This document shows, in pieces, positions 1 through 14,000 of a stretch of DNA of 64,000 bases. The notes beneath the pieces were generated by a model, which searched no databases, had not been told where the DNA came from, and saw only the letters and a list, made by a program, of their open reading frames with translations. The stretch covers positions 124,001-188,000 of the forward strand of contig JAQGDQ010000048.1 of the NCBI GenBank assembly GCA_030141605.1, given 5' to 3'. The first letter of the stretch is position 1. Every line of letters starts with the position of its first letter. Both the position numbers and the translations under genes were made by a program. This stretch comes from Tubiluchus corallicola (Eukaryota; Animalia; Priapulida).

Positions 1-239
1 GAGCAGACGATGAGTTGAGAACCCCATTTGTCAACATATTTTGTCAATTTTGAGAATGCTTCTAAAAGTGATATAGTATGCAGAATAATTACATTTCTTA
101 GCTGATTTCTTTGAATCACTAATTAGTAATTCGCTGTCATTGCGCAGTCACCCATCAATGTTGTGAAACCTAGGAAACCTTCTCATCATTATTATTTATA
201 CTACTTATATTTTTTATGTTTTTTGCATTTTCTTTTCAG

Positions 240-3200
240 GCTGAGATTTGGAGTGCCGTTTGAAGAGATTTGTAAACCTAACATTCCAGCTTCACTCTTG
301 GTAAGCTGATAAATTTTCTTTGTGAACTGAGGATAACTGACTTACTAACAGCAAAGGTTACAACCAAGTTTACTACTTCTTATTTTATGGTTTTCCTCAG
401 AATTCTGCAACATCCAGTGCAATTGTATTTTCCCTGCAATGGACTGCATGGTAGATAATACTGCACATTTCCACATGTGCAAAAATGTGCTGTAAAGTAC
501 ATGTATCTGTTGGAGGAGGCTACTGTATGGTTGCTGTGCTGATTTCGCCTTGCACAATCTCTGTAAAATGTGGCTAACATATGAAGGGTTTAAAGTTCAG
601 GTTAAAACAACATTTGATTTGCACACGTTTGAGGCTTGGGAAGGCAAATGTATTGTTTAAGTTACGACATTTTACTGCAGTAATGTGCTTTTCTGCCCTT
701 TTCAACCTTCAGTTGTCATCACAATCAGTAAATCGGCTGTTAAAATCAGTCCTTTTTTAAGTTTGCGAAGTACAGTTCTGAAGAATGCTATTAAAGTTTC
801 CCTCTCAAACCTGGTCACAATTGAGATATCTGCTAGAATTTACCGTCTTAGTCTAAACTGTTCAAAAATTAGTTGAGCTGAGTGGAGCCAAGGAAATGAA
901 ACCTGCTTCCGAATTAAAGAGTGGTTAAAATGAATTAATTTTTCCAAACTAGGTATTTTAGTAAGGATCTAAACCACCAAGAAAAATATTTTTGTTTATG
1001 ACTACTTTTTATTCTGTCTAAATACATTAATTGTTTTTAACTGTTATTTCAGTGTCACTTAATAGTATTATAACTGTGCAATGTTGAACTTTGGCTAATC
1101 AGTTCATACTTGGGTTTTTGTCCATATGGGGTACCCTCCTGGGCTACTATCCACGTGAAATTTTGGACACTATTTCACATCGGGTCTTGAATCTCTCGAA
1201 CACAGATAATTAATTGCTGCTTCACAGAGTTATCTATAAGTGATTTTGTAAAAGTTGTTTAGGTGGTATCTCTGTACTTCTCGGTAATACATTTTCGACA
1301 TTCAACACATTTTGCAGTGCTTATTTTTACTGTCCTTATACTGTGTTCTGTGGACATTCCTAAGCTTACAGTCTTGTTATTTCCTGACATTATCATGTAC
1401 AACAAGGCTCCTCTGTCAAGAATACTCTGTAAGCTGTTTGTTTCCCTCCACTTAACTATACTCAGTTTAAAAAACACATCAGCTCATAGACACGACATAT
1501 TAAATAAATCTCTTATACAGTTTTTTGTTGTTGTTTTTTTTTTAATAAAATTTTCCATTTTTTTTAAATTTTTTTGTAAGTTTTGACCCTTCAGCCTTCT
1601 GGAATAAAATGCTGTCAAAAGTTTTTAGAAAACCAAGTGTTCTAATCGGTTTTATAAATTCAAGTTTTTTTCTGTAATTTAAATGAATTTACATTACTAT
1701 TTTAAATATGTTTAATATTGCTTTAAATAATACTAAGGCCTTTATGGTAAAGTTTCAGTATTTATTGCACAGTGCACAGGTATATGCAGTCCTACAGTAA
1801 CTAAACTGAAAGACATAAGACTTTTCAACACAGCTCTTCAGTGTCTATTTCTGCTGTTATATCAGAATATTAGGTAAAAGCCCAAAACTAAAATTGTTGC
1901 TGAATGCGGCCATGTTTGTTACTGAATACAATTTACCATCATGGTCCTTAAAGCAATATTGAAATTGTGTACCACCAAGAACCTGTTTAGACTTTTAATA
2001 TGTTAATAAATATTGTAAAACATTTTTGACAAAATTTTTAGTTGCTATGTGTTCGATTGCCAAAAGGTAATGCCAAAATTTGTGACAAGTGACACAGAGC
2101 AATATACTGAAGTGAATTTGTGATGCTCTGCCATAAAAAATACAGTTTGGCAAAACAATACAGGTTTTCCTGTAGTGCTTACTGCTTAGTGCTTGCTGTC
2201 ATCAAACAACATTGCATTTGATTTCATGTTAAAAATCAGTGTTAGAGTTCACTTGTCAGTATCATGTAAGCCCAGAAGTTTTTCTAGATTTAGTTTAGAA
2301 TATAAAATTTGGCATTGCAGGTGTTGATATTAAAGATCAATGCTGAGGGCCCACACAAAAAAGAAGTCTTTCGAGCGCCTGGCAATTACAACAATGTGAA
2401 ACAGCTTATGCGGATGCTGCGAAGTGGAAAGAGTGTCAACTTGCAGGATTACTCCGTACATACCGTTGCTTCACTTCTGAAGGTAAAATATATTTTGTAG
2501 TCTTGCTGATTTGGCCCCAGCTGTGTTTTATTCTAGCTAAAACCCCTGCATTTGAATTCATAATATGGTTAAACAGACTCTGAAACTTTAGTTTTGGGCC
2601 AGAAGTGTGCTTTCTTGGTTTTTTCATACCAGCTTCAGTAAAAGTCTGTCATGGTTTTGCGCCTAGTTATTAGTGGCAAAATTGCCATTTTGCTTTCTTG
2701 GCTTTTAGGTAGTTTGAGATTTGGCTTTGTTATTATTTTGCTGAAACTTAAATCAAACTAGATGACATTTACCTTTTGTTCTTTGCCCTACTTTGAGAAA
2801 AGAACACTTTAGAGCATCCTTCGTCAAGACATTTAAAAGAAAGCTAGACAGACAAAAGCATCGCACGGCATGCTAAACACAGTAATTATCTCATTAAATA
2901 TGATAAACAAAAATATGTATGTGGCAGAAATACATTCTTCATGAAAAATTACTAAAGTAACTACCTCAAATACACTACTGTGATAAAAAATGGGTGATAT
3001 CATGAAGCCATATGAGCTAGTATATCTAGTCAAGTTTTTGTGCATGTTTGCATAAGTTATGTTAATATGGTATATTAAAATCCAGTAACATGCTATGTAA
3101 AACATTGTGGAGTATAACAAAACAAATTACATCAAGTTTATGGCAAAAGCTAGGCTTTGCACTTTCCATCCGTTATATTGCTGAAATGTTAATATGTTCA

Positions 3201-6200
3201 AATGTGTAAATTTTCCCATTAAATATGCAAACTTAAAAATGTATCTGGCAGAAATGGATTTTACAGGCAAAATTACCCTAGAAACCACCTTCAGAAGTTT
3301 TACATTCCAAAATCTCGCACAAGTTACAGTGCCTTTCAGTCTATAACAAGTGGTGTTCGAGGTGCAGGAAGGTATCATGTTCAGGTCGAGACCAATGCTT
3401 CTGGTTTGGGGTTTGGGATACTAATTGTGTCCGAGGTCAGAATTTTCTGGGCTTCGAGATCAAGTGGTCGAGATCCAGGTTCGGGATGAAATATTCAGGA
3501 TCAGGATTCCCACCTCAGAACCAGAAATATACTTATCCTTAAATGGAGATAGGAAAATTACAGCCCAATTCCTGCATTGCTCTCCAGATTGCTTTTCTGT
3601 GAATCCACATAATGTACTATCTACATAATCAACTCTTGCACTGAACCTGTGTACTTCACTATGACTGTGAACAGTAAACATGAAGTAAACATAACAATAA
3701 TTGTTTATTATGCATCGGGCCTGTGACTAAGAAGTATTATCTGCTTGGGTAATATTTAGGTACAAAAGATACTAGTAGCAATACATACTATGAGACAAGA
3801 CTAGCACAAAATATTTTTCATAAATTGTTCCAATATCACATGGCTGAGTATGCTCTCTTCTGTATGTGCCACAAATAGATAATCGTGTATTTGCTTCAAA
3901 CTATTTACAAGACATTTAAAAAATAGAGGTAACAATCACACAATGCAGTTATGGTTAATAACATCTTAATAAAAGTATGTTATCATGAACTTCAAGCAAT
4001 GAATATCTTCGTACAGGGCTCATTCTTCTTGGTAAACCTCAAAAACCTGTTAGAAGTGAACGTTATTTTTCAAATATATATTATAAACTTTTTAAAGTTT
4101 GGGATCTGAGTCTGGACGGGATGAGAAATTTTGGAGCGAGATTCGGGGACGGGACTGAAAGCTCGTGAATGGGGTTCCGGTGTTGAAGAAAGTTTGGATC
4201 GAGGTACGGGGGATCGTGATTATAACAATCCCAACCTCGACCCACCCTGTCTAAAGCTCTATAAATTCTATGACTTTTGTCTATTAAAGGAACACGAGTC
4301 AGCATTCTGTATTCCATATGTGCAGTAACACTGCTGCATTGACTATTTAATGAATTGTTAAAAAATACACCAGTATTAACTACCATCAGTTACTGTATTT
4401 GATAAAGATTTCCTAAGTTTAATATGCCCTTTGAAAACTGTTTTCACTTTTTTCTTGTAATGCAGTTTCCAAAGGTGAATTGCGGTACTAATGACAGGCT
4501 AATGCATGTATACATGAATAGATTTTGGACTGTGTTTATCACTGTTTTACAAAATTGTATTTGCCATGTCTTGGCTCTTGAAAGAACAAAATTTTGAAAG
4601 TTCTAACAAATGTGCAAGCTGTTTGTCTGTTGATGCTCATTTACCATCTGATAAGTTAGAGAACAAGTTCAAAATACACATGGTAGCCACTTGTGTTTCT
4701 CATTGATTGAGAACTTACTGTACAGTGTACATCATTAGGCAAATTAATGTGAGTTAGTGCATTTTGTTTTATCTTTAACTTGTTTAATCAGTGACAACTG
4801 CATATAACTGACCACAACGTTTTTAAATATTTAGTATAATTTTTTTAATATTTTATTCGTTCTATGCATCAGAAAGTTTTGCTTTTTGAAAATGAAAGTA
4901 AGAAATAAAAATGCACTAAAATGTGCTAATGCAAAAAACCAAGAAATAAAAAGTATTGATTCTATTTTTGCTGGGAAGACAGTTGTAATAATTGTTAAAG
5001 TTTTTGGTAGAATTTTAACAAAAGAAAGGATATTTTGTTTTTGAGACAGTAAGCAAATCTGATTTAGGATTCTGAACAATGGAGATGTAAACATAACATT
5101 TTTACTAGTGGTTTAAATGCTAGATATAAATTCTTGTCTACCTCCCACTTAACCTTTTTGAAATTTTTATACAACCTTTTTTAAATATATGCTAATCGCG
5201 GTTAACATCATTGCATTTAGTAAGGTTAAGGTTAGCATTGGTGAGTAATGTTTTGTTTTGTTTTACTCCTTTAGCATGAATAAGACTGACTCAGCAACTC
5301 AGAACATAACTGTCTTGCCAACCAGTTTAAAATCGATTGATTTTGGCACTCCAATTTATTTTGTCCTGATTACCTAGATCCTGAACATTATGTTGAGCTC
5401 TCCCTCCCCTGAAATGAAATCAGTATTTCACACTTGAAACTGTGCACTGCATTTTCTAACTGTTAGGAATTCTTTCACGGGCAGCCTGAGCTTTTAATAT
5501 TTGTTTTCTTCATCATGTGACATCCTGGTCAGGTTATGTTAATTTGATAATTTTTCTCTAGAGTTATTTCAATCTAACTGTTAAACTTGGTTACTAATTT
5601 TCCGTTAAACTTCACAGTTTAATGTAACCATCTGTCCTTGACAATTTGTTTTGAGCAAGTAGTTTTATGATAACAAATGAGTTTAATTTCTAATTTTTCA
5701 GAAATTTCTACAGAAACTTCCAGATGGCATTTTTGGTGCTCCAAATGAGGACAAACTTTTTCGTGTCATGGCCTCTAGTATCAGCTCCCATGAGAAGGTT
5801 AAAGAAGTGTCAAAGTATGTTAAATAAAGTAATGGCTATTTAACACTAAGTGGTAGAATGACTTATTCAATGATTTATGAACTTTCTTTTAACAAAACGA
5901 CAAGGCATTGGACATAGCTTAATAGACTAAATACTCTCCCATCAAACTTATATTATTTGTAGAATTGTGTCTAAAATTTACGAAACACTGAAATATTTTT
6001 GGAAAAGGGCTGCAGAAGTGGAATTTATTAGGAAATTTGTGAGTCTCCTGTATGTTTTTTTACACGATATTATGATATCTTTTATATAAAATTTGGTATT
6101 TTGCAAACTAGGATCCAGCAGTTAACACCAAAGTCTATTTGTCTTAAGTGGTTGTGGCAAGACCAGAACCTTCCTCAGTTAATTCTTTACGGTGAGACAT

Positions 6201-9200
6201 CAAATTGATGTAGGTATATAGTTTGCAAATATATTGTTCTTCTTTTGCAAGAGAAAATACTTGGACTGTCTCCAGACCACGTTTGTTGATTTTAAACAAA
6301 CTTGTTTATTGTGAGCTTTTTTAACAGGATTGTGTTAGCATTGCCGGGCATGACACAGAAACTATTGGTGCTTTTAATTGGCATGTTTAAACTTATTGCT
6401 GTCAATGCAGATGACGCAGGAACAGGTGAGTTCATTGTTTGATAAGTAGCAAATTTCTGTTAATTTTTCTATTTCTTTTTATTTGATAAAATTGTAGTAA
6501 AACAGTGGATTCCTGCTGATGACTTTTATGATTATGATGCCTAATGTTGAAAATAAAGGAGTTTAGAATGAGAACGGGTGGTAAAAAGAGATGGGTTCAT
6601 AGAACCTTAGAACATTTACAGTAGTCTGCAGTTTTTGAAATGCTTTAATAGTCTAGTTCAAGTTAAGTTACACTAACACTTGCGTTGAAAATCTATCTGA
6701 AATCCATATAATGGTGGAAATAATATTTTTTCTTGTCTATTACTTAAAAACATCATGAAGTGTGTGATAAGTCCACTTACCTACTTTTCTGCTGAAGTCC
6801 ACATTGGTACCAAAAGGAAATTTTCTTCATTTCACCTATATTGGATAATTTTGCATGTCTTAACACTAAACCCTAACACTGAAGCTCCTGGAGTGGTGTT
6901 CCAGCCTTCATTGCTTTTTTTACATTCCAGCAGACAGCAGTTTTAAACTTTTATACTCCTATATTTTATACACTTAGGAAAGCTTTTTCACATATTTTCA
7001 AATGTGCAAATAAGTTCCAAGACATTAGTTTAGGCCTTAATTTAAAATATTGCTCATAATATGTCTAAAATTTGGTAGTGGTGCAATTTTATTAATACCC
7101 AAATGTCATTTACCAAAGACTTGTCCATATCTCGAATTAAATTTGAGTCTCAAGCTGAAATTTCCCAATTTTAGCAGCTTCGTTGGCCAAAATCTTTGTG
7201 CAGGTATAATCTTATTAAGTCTTTGTCAATAGTTTTTTCGTGTTACCTAGCATCGTATATGGGCAATTCTATTTTGGGCAAATGGAGGGGATGTTCTAAA
7301 TCACTGTGAGTCGCATTTTGTGCATTTTTACCTTGAAATAATAGTCAGCTAAAAATAATCTTGAGATTTAGCAAGTAGGCAATCAATTTATTTATTAAAC
7401 TGTAGCTGTATGGAAAGTTTGAGACCTGTATGATGTTCCTTTCGCTACATGAACAACTGTGTGCCAAGTACTGTGAACCTGCGATCACTGCAATTGTGAT
7501 CTGCAGGTAATTTTACTAGCTAGCTTTCTGTGTTAATACGTGTACAGTAATTAAAGGTAATAGGCTACCATTCTGGCTAAATCATGAAAACTATATTCAA
7601 CCTACGTTAGGAGTTTTCGAGCATTTTTGCAACAATAATAATTGTTTCAGTCATTTGTCACTGACTGTCATACTTAAGAATTCATGAATTCTTACAGTTT
7701 TATGCTTTGAAAAATGTAAATTGATCACGTTTTGTCAGAAGCATTATTTGAGCAGCACAAAGCAAACTGACAGTGAAGAAACATCATCCATAAGCGATCA
7801 GAGAACAGAAAATTTAACCACACTGCAATAATAGACACTGAGGGGGCAGCACAAGATATCAATGACATCACCCTAAAACTTTTATACGCTGTACCTCGTT
7901 ATTGCATACAGTGCATTGAAGTAGATGTGGACAAAGCTGTGATTTGAGCTTAACATTAAAAATAACTTCAGTGCTGCTTTAAGGACCTTGTTTTAGTGTA
8001 ATATCATAGATGTCTAATGAAGTAAGCAAAATGTACTTGATGTTACTGTAGCTGTTACAAATTGTTGACCAATTCCTCTTATAATAAGTATTTATCTTCA
8101 AAATGTCATTCATCCTTGTTTAAGCAAAGTGGTAATGAAAAGCTTGGTTGCAGTTGTTGCATAGAAATAGATTGAATTCAGTTTCGCAGTATGTTATTAT
8201 TAACAGGAATGTCATCGGAAGCTTTAGGCGTCAGTGTAGCTCCCTCTATCTTGCATTCCTGTACTGCAAATGGCAAGAAAGTTGATGTTGACAGATTTCG
8301 TCAGGCTGCCAGCATTGTCACTTTCCTCATCGACCAGTTTGGCAGCCCTGTATTATTCGGCAGGTGAGGTTTTATAATTTCTGTTGTTATACTATTGCAA
8401 ATGGTAATCAAGTTTTCAGCAATAAAATAAACTCATAACTGTGTTGGTACTGCTGATTGTTTACTAAAGCAGACTTATTTTCATATTAATTTCGATTTAT
8501 AATGTACTCTTTGATAATTATGCTTTGACTTATAAGAAAAAACTAATTGTATATAATTTCCAAACAGGGACAACTACGAGTATTTTTCACAAACAACAAG
8601 ACAGTTGTTTGACTCAGACAGCCATTGGCAATTACTGTTGCAATGTCCGCAGACTCTGGAGGCTGGTGATGGCCACCATGATTCTAGCCTTGCAGTCGAG
8701 ACTACATTAACTAGCATAGAGTATAGCTTAGAAGGTAAAAATTATGATTTTGCAATTTTCGTATTTAGTTATTTATTGAGCTGCAGAAATAATAAAGATT
8801 TTTGTAGCTGTGAAACTGTGAGCTGTCTGCAAATGCAAAGTACTGCAAAGCACTGGATTTAGAACAGATACAGAACTTGTTAAAAGATGAAGTACTTAAC
8901 AAAGCTTTATTTGTAGATCATAGATTACAGCATAATAATTTTAGACACTTTATAAATTGTCATGTGAACACTCTTCTACTTTATTTGCTTATTAGTAGAT
9001 TTTTGAGTGCTTCGAGGAAAAATACATTTGCAAAAAAGAGCTCTATTCCTACTTTAAAAACTAAGCACAGAACTAAACTAGTATTCCTTCAGAGTAATTT
9101 TAGGCAAAAAACAATTGAAATACTTATGAAACATTTCCGAGGCAAGGTGGAAAAAATCTTGATGACAATAAGTCAAGAAAAAGATCAGTTAATAAAATAT

Positions 9201-11090
9201 CCCGCAACAAAGAAATTGGAAAAAAATTCTGTTGATCAACTGTTAGGGCAAGTATTACGAATGTGTTCATTTGAATTAACAAAATTATACATGAGTTAAA
9301 CTACTTGAAGTAGGCATAAATCACTAAATCAAGCATTATGAAGCAAACATTGTGCATTCTTCACATCAAAACCTTTACATTTTGAAAGGACAGTTTTTTA
9401 ATTGATGTCTTCTTTTTTAGATACTCCAGAGACATCAAAGAGCCATGAAAGTCTAGACACTTTAGCAGTAGGCGGGCGAAAAAGTGGGAGATCTAGTATA
9501 AGCGGATCTTCGGCCACCCTTGAAGCACGCAGCTTGAGTCGGGTTTGTATCAACATGTATTGCTTTGTCCATCTTTCATCTTTATAGAACGTTTTCATGA
9601 TGTGCGACCTACTAATTTTCCTCACAGTGTGCACTTACATTTTCTAGCAAAATCTGTTGTTTGTATAAGCCTATTGTTGATGGTGTTGCACAGCATTTAG
9701 AATACAATATAGCTTTCTCTGAAAAGCACATTTATTTATTTCTTTACAGAAAGGTTCGCGGTTTTCCCAAATGAGAGCTGCCTCCGTCGATGAGTTGAAA
9801 GTTGAACCAAAGCGAACAGAAAGCTCTCGGAGCTTGCATTTACTTGATTTACAGGAACGTCAGGCTGCACGAATGAGGGCACGTTCAGAGTGGTTTTTAG
9901 CACCTCCTAGACGTGTGGAGATTTCTGTTGATATGTTAAAACGAATTGAGGAGATACTAGAATCAATGGAGCAAAATTTAGGCATTTATATTTGTAAGTC
10001 TGCTATAGCCATTTATCAAGTAACTTCTGATAATTGATAAACTGCTGATAATTAGATAACTAATTATAAAAATTGTGGACTTTAATAGCTTACGGTTAGA
10101 GCAATGCAGTTTATCTGAAAGAAGTTATTTGTTTGGTTACGGCGATGAGTATCCTGATTAAGTGAAGAAAGTTCTGAGCTTGACTTGGCCATAAACAGTG
10201 AACTGTGTATTTTATGCTTTTTTTCCACATTTAAATGCCTTAGACTTTTGACACTAGTGTTTAGCTGCTTGGCTTTTCTGTCAAATCTCTAGAATTTGCT
10301 CATGATGCCTGAACCTTGGCATTTACTGCTGTACTTAGGATGTTATTGTGAGGATGGTTTTTAGAACATGCACTTGAAAGAGGGGTGATTTTTCTTAAAC
10401 TTGCCAGAGACCAAGTCACTATTGTTAGTTATACGAGTTAGGTATATCATTCCTGTTGTGGAGCTTAGAAAAGTCTTATTTATAAGCATCAAAAATATTG
10501 CTGTATCGAGAATGTAAGATGAGTTTTTGTGGTGAGTAAAAAGGGAGTAAAAGTAAAAAAAGAAAATATGATATTTCTAAAAAAAATCAAGATAATTTTT
10601 TTGTATTTGCGTAATGTTGATTTATCATTCATTTTCACTCATTACATTTGCAGCTAAACCATTGAGTGAACAATCGTCATTTCGCTTTCCCCACCGCAGT
10701 GAACCAGCGCCATCTGGTCTGTCACCATTACTGCAAAAGGACGATCACAGCCACTCTGATGATGCATTTCAAGAATCCCATTCTGGTTATGTAAGCCAAT
10801 CAGATGATGCCTTAGATAGGGGAACTTGTGACCGGGCAGGGTCGCATGACAGTGACCGTCTAGGTATCACACTAGAGGGCATGGACAGTGGTATGGCATC
10901 GCAGTCAGATGACGGCGGTTTATGTGCAACGCATTCCCCTGGAGTGACCTTCCTGGAAGGGGAAGATACAGGGTTGGTAAGTGCCGAAACTCTCAGTGAT
11001 TCTGAGCTACTTGAGGAATCTTGCGATACAGGATCTTCGTCTGGTACAGTAGAGCGAATACGCAATATTGATGCGGAAACTCCAACATGA
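240..11090 (+). CDS. Rho GTPase-activating protein (RhoGAP domain; resembles the ARHGAP20/Drosophila RhoGAP71E-like group), 5' part lies upstream of the window
   Basis: Exons 240-300, 2321-2482, 5702-5814, 6328-6425, 8207-8363, 8568-8734, 9421-9542, 9750-9993, 10654-11090, all AG/GT bounded and phase-compatible. Translation: LRFGVPFEEICKPNIPASLL-VLILKINAEGPHKKEVFRAPG (Arg finger)...HTVASLLK-KFLQKLPDGIFG...GMSSEALGVSVAPSILHSC, then a Ser/Asp-rich tail ending in TGA at 11088-11090. The subfamily is recalled, not searched. Confidence 0.9.
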
Positions 11091-14000
11091 CTTACATACT
11101 GTATATAGATCATGATAACAGGTAGAGTTTTTACTTGCAGCTTGAAATATGGTGATTATCTTGCATATTATATAAGATTTTATCAGATTTGATTTGCCCA
11201 TGGATAGTCCTGGCCAATGAAATGATGAAGAAAAAGATCATTGCTTTTATGTACATATATTGGGCATCAGTTAAGTAAGTCCTATCGTTTTGTATGCTTT
11301 ATTGATTACAGCCTTCCAGAATTCTATATGTGGCTATTTCTTATAACTACCTGTTTACTGAATTAAGCTTTGGGTAATGTTAACAAAGATTTTTGAAAGG
11401 CATTACAAGCACATCTTACATGCATAGTATTTCAGCAGTTGTAATTAATATTAGGTACAGGTTATAATAAGTGACTAAATTTTTGATTTACTGAAGACTT
11501 TAGGTTATTTTAAGTGCTTACCTAATAGAAGAGGTAAAGGAATGAAAGTTCGTAAATGGACAAGTTGGTTTGTCATCAAGTACTTATTCCAATCCAATAA
11601 TCGTCCAATAATAGATCAGTGATATGCGGACTGAACTCTTGCAGAGCTTAATTTAATCTATTGTTTAACTATTACATATTGTGCAGATGCAGCTTCAAAA
11701 TTGAATGTTTATTTTTTGTCATCTTTATTCTAGTTCTTTTTAATGTGCAGGTTGAAACGTGCACAGTTAATCACCCTTTAGCTACCTTCATGGCCAACAG
11801 AGTCTTACTACTCACTTTTTGTAGGCTGACCCCTGCAGTGTCACAGATATAGTTAATCTATAGAGTCGCTGAACCGTTCTTTGTGGACCTAAAAAAAGTG
11901 GGTCTGCTCATCTCTGCCATAAATGGTCTTGTACCTTCTGCAAACTGTATTTGTTTAAATGTCTATTGCAATGTTATAGTTTTTATTCCAGTACTTTTAC
12001 AATTCGTTTTACTCCATGCAGTATTTTACTGAAGTACAACTAGATGTAATAGCCAGCTTTCTGAGCGAGAGTTTTATGTTATATAAATGAAAGGCTATGC
12101 CATTTTGGGAACATTCTTTCATCGTATACAACTAAATGGCGACACAACTTTCTCTCCTTAATTGCATCCAGTATGTTGCCATTGTACAACGCATCAGAAA
12201 ATATCATTGCGAGTTCAGTATATTACTTGCTGGAACATAGTATGCTGGAGTCAGCAGCTTGTTTATCTTATTGTACTGGGAACTGCACAATGACATCCTA
12301 TATTGCTGATTTGTAATTTGGTTGGTAGAAGGAGCTAGTAGACAATATGATACTTATGCATTTAGTTCTTCTGGTGAATAGTGTTGGTGCATCATGTACA
12401 GGCACGTCATATACCTAATGTTTAGTATAGTGATGTTTACATAGTTCTTGGTAGATTGTACACACATAGCACACGCGCATGTATATACACTGGAACTGCT
12501 GAGCAGGCACAATCTACAATGTATATTGGGTTATTATTTTATACTCACCATGTTGTGTTTCTAATATATACAGTTGTGCGTGTCTAATTTTTTCATTGTT
12601 GTGATTCTAATTATGTAACATATATATCTGCTGGTATATCAAAGTGCATTTACCATTCCAAGAATATCGTTATGTACTGAGCCAATGTATATTATACTTT
12701 ATATATTATACTGACAGATGATAGTTGTTTTTCAGTAGTGAGTAATCAGTTATTATTGCAATAGTTGTAATCCCCATAATTGAGCTGAATACTGAAAGTT
12801 TGCTTAATGAAGATTATTCTTTCCGCAATGATTTAAACAATCCATTTCGTTCTATTATGTCGGCCGAGAAAAATCCTTAGGCGGTTTTACTGTAATTGTG
12901 CCAAGGACTTCAAATGGTACAGGATCATTTGAATAAGTAGTAATTATTTTGTGATTCGTGTGAATGAGCAGAGTAAATAGCCTTGGCATGCAGAAGTTAA
13001 AGTTAAATTCATCATTTTTACAAGATCTTTTCCTGTAAACTGTATTACTTCACCAATTGTTGCAATTGCCCTTATTTGAAAAACCTTTTCCTTAAAATGT
13101 TTGCATTTAACAGTAATAAGTGAAGCTAGGATAATTGTCATGTATTTTTTGTCTAAGAAAATGTGCTCTACTCGAGCCTATTCTGATGAAATTATAGCAA
13201 ATATATGTGAAAATTATCACATTACAAGACATCAGTAATATTATATTACTTCAGAGTTTTGAAGTATTAGGCGATTTTCTTAACATAGTGGTAACATAAG
13301 AGAAATGTTAATATTATTTTATCAGTAAAATTTTTTTCAGCAAGATTACTGCATATAAATCGGGTCTGATTTTGTTATTTTATCAGTCTGTATGGATAAT
13401 TTATTAAATATGTTTATTTTGTTCTTGATTTTTATTTGTTGACAATCATTTTATTATTATTATTTACCCTGTAATTCTGGTTGTGGTTTATGTTTAGTGG
13501 TGGTAATAACATTTCTGGTTTTCATATCGCATTTTTCTGTCAGCCCAAGTGTTTATTTGCTTTCATATCCTAGCTTTGTTATCGCTGTATATTTTTCAAC
13601 TGTCCATAAATACAATATCAGTATCTTGTGTTGTAACTCTGGAGTTAAAATAAGTGTATAGGTATTATTATTAAAGGTATACTGGGAGCCTAACCATATT
13701 GTAAAGTGCCTTTAGATCATGCTGTTATGTTACAAATGTCAAGTATTTATTATCCTCATGAATTACAGGTACTGAATTATATGGTAATACATTATAAAGT
13801 AACAGCTCAAGGAAGCTGCAGTTTGCTGCCATTCAGGATCTTGTTTGGTAGTTACAACCGTTTCCTATGGCTCAGTTTTAATCATTATTGTTCTAGGATA
13901 TGCAAAAAAATTTCAAGAGATATAAGTACATTGGAGAAATAATGTTTTCTTGTGTAATGTTATACTGTTTTTTGAAAAAAACACTCATTTGTTTTGTATT

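Noticed and set aside
8877-9299. 140-aa ORF
   Set aside because: Intronic in the RhoGAP gene, non-ATG start, AT-rich, no motif and no fitting splice sites.
11088-11108. Stop-codon readthrough or selenocysteine at the RhoGAP TGA-C
   Set aside because: The context is TGA-CTT rather than TGA-CTAG, an in-frame TAG follows after 5 codons, and no SECIS was recognised.
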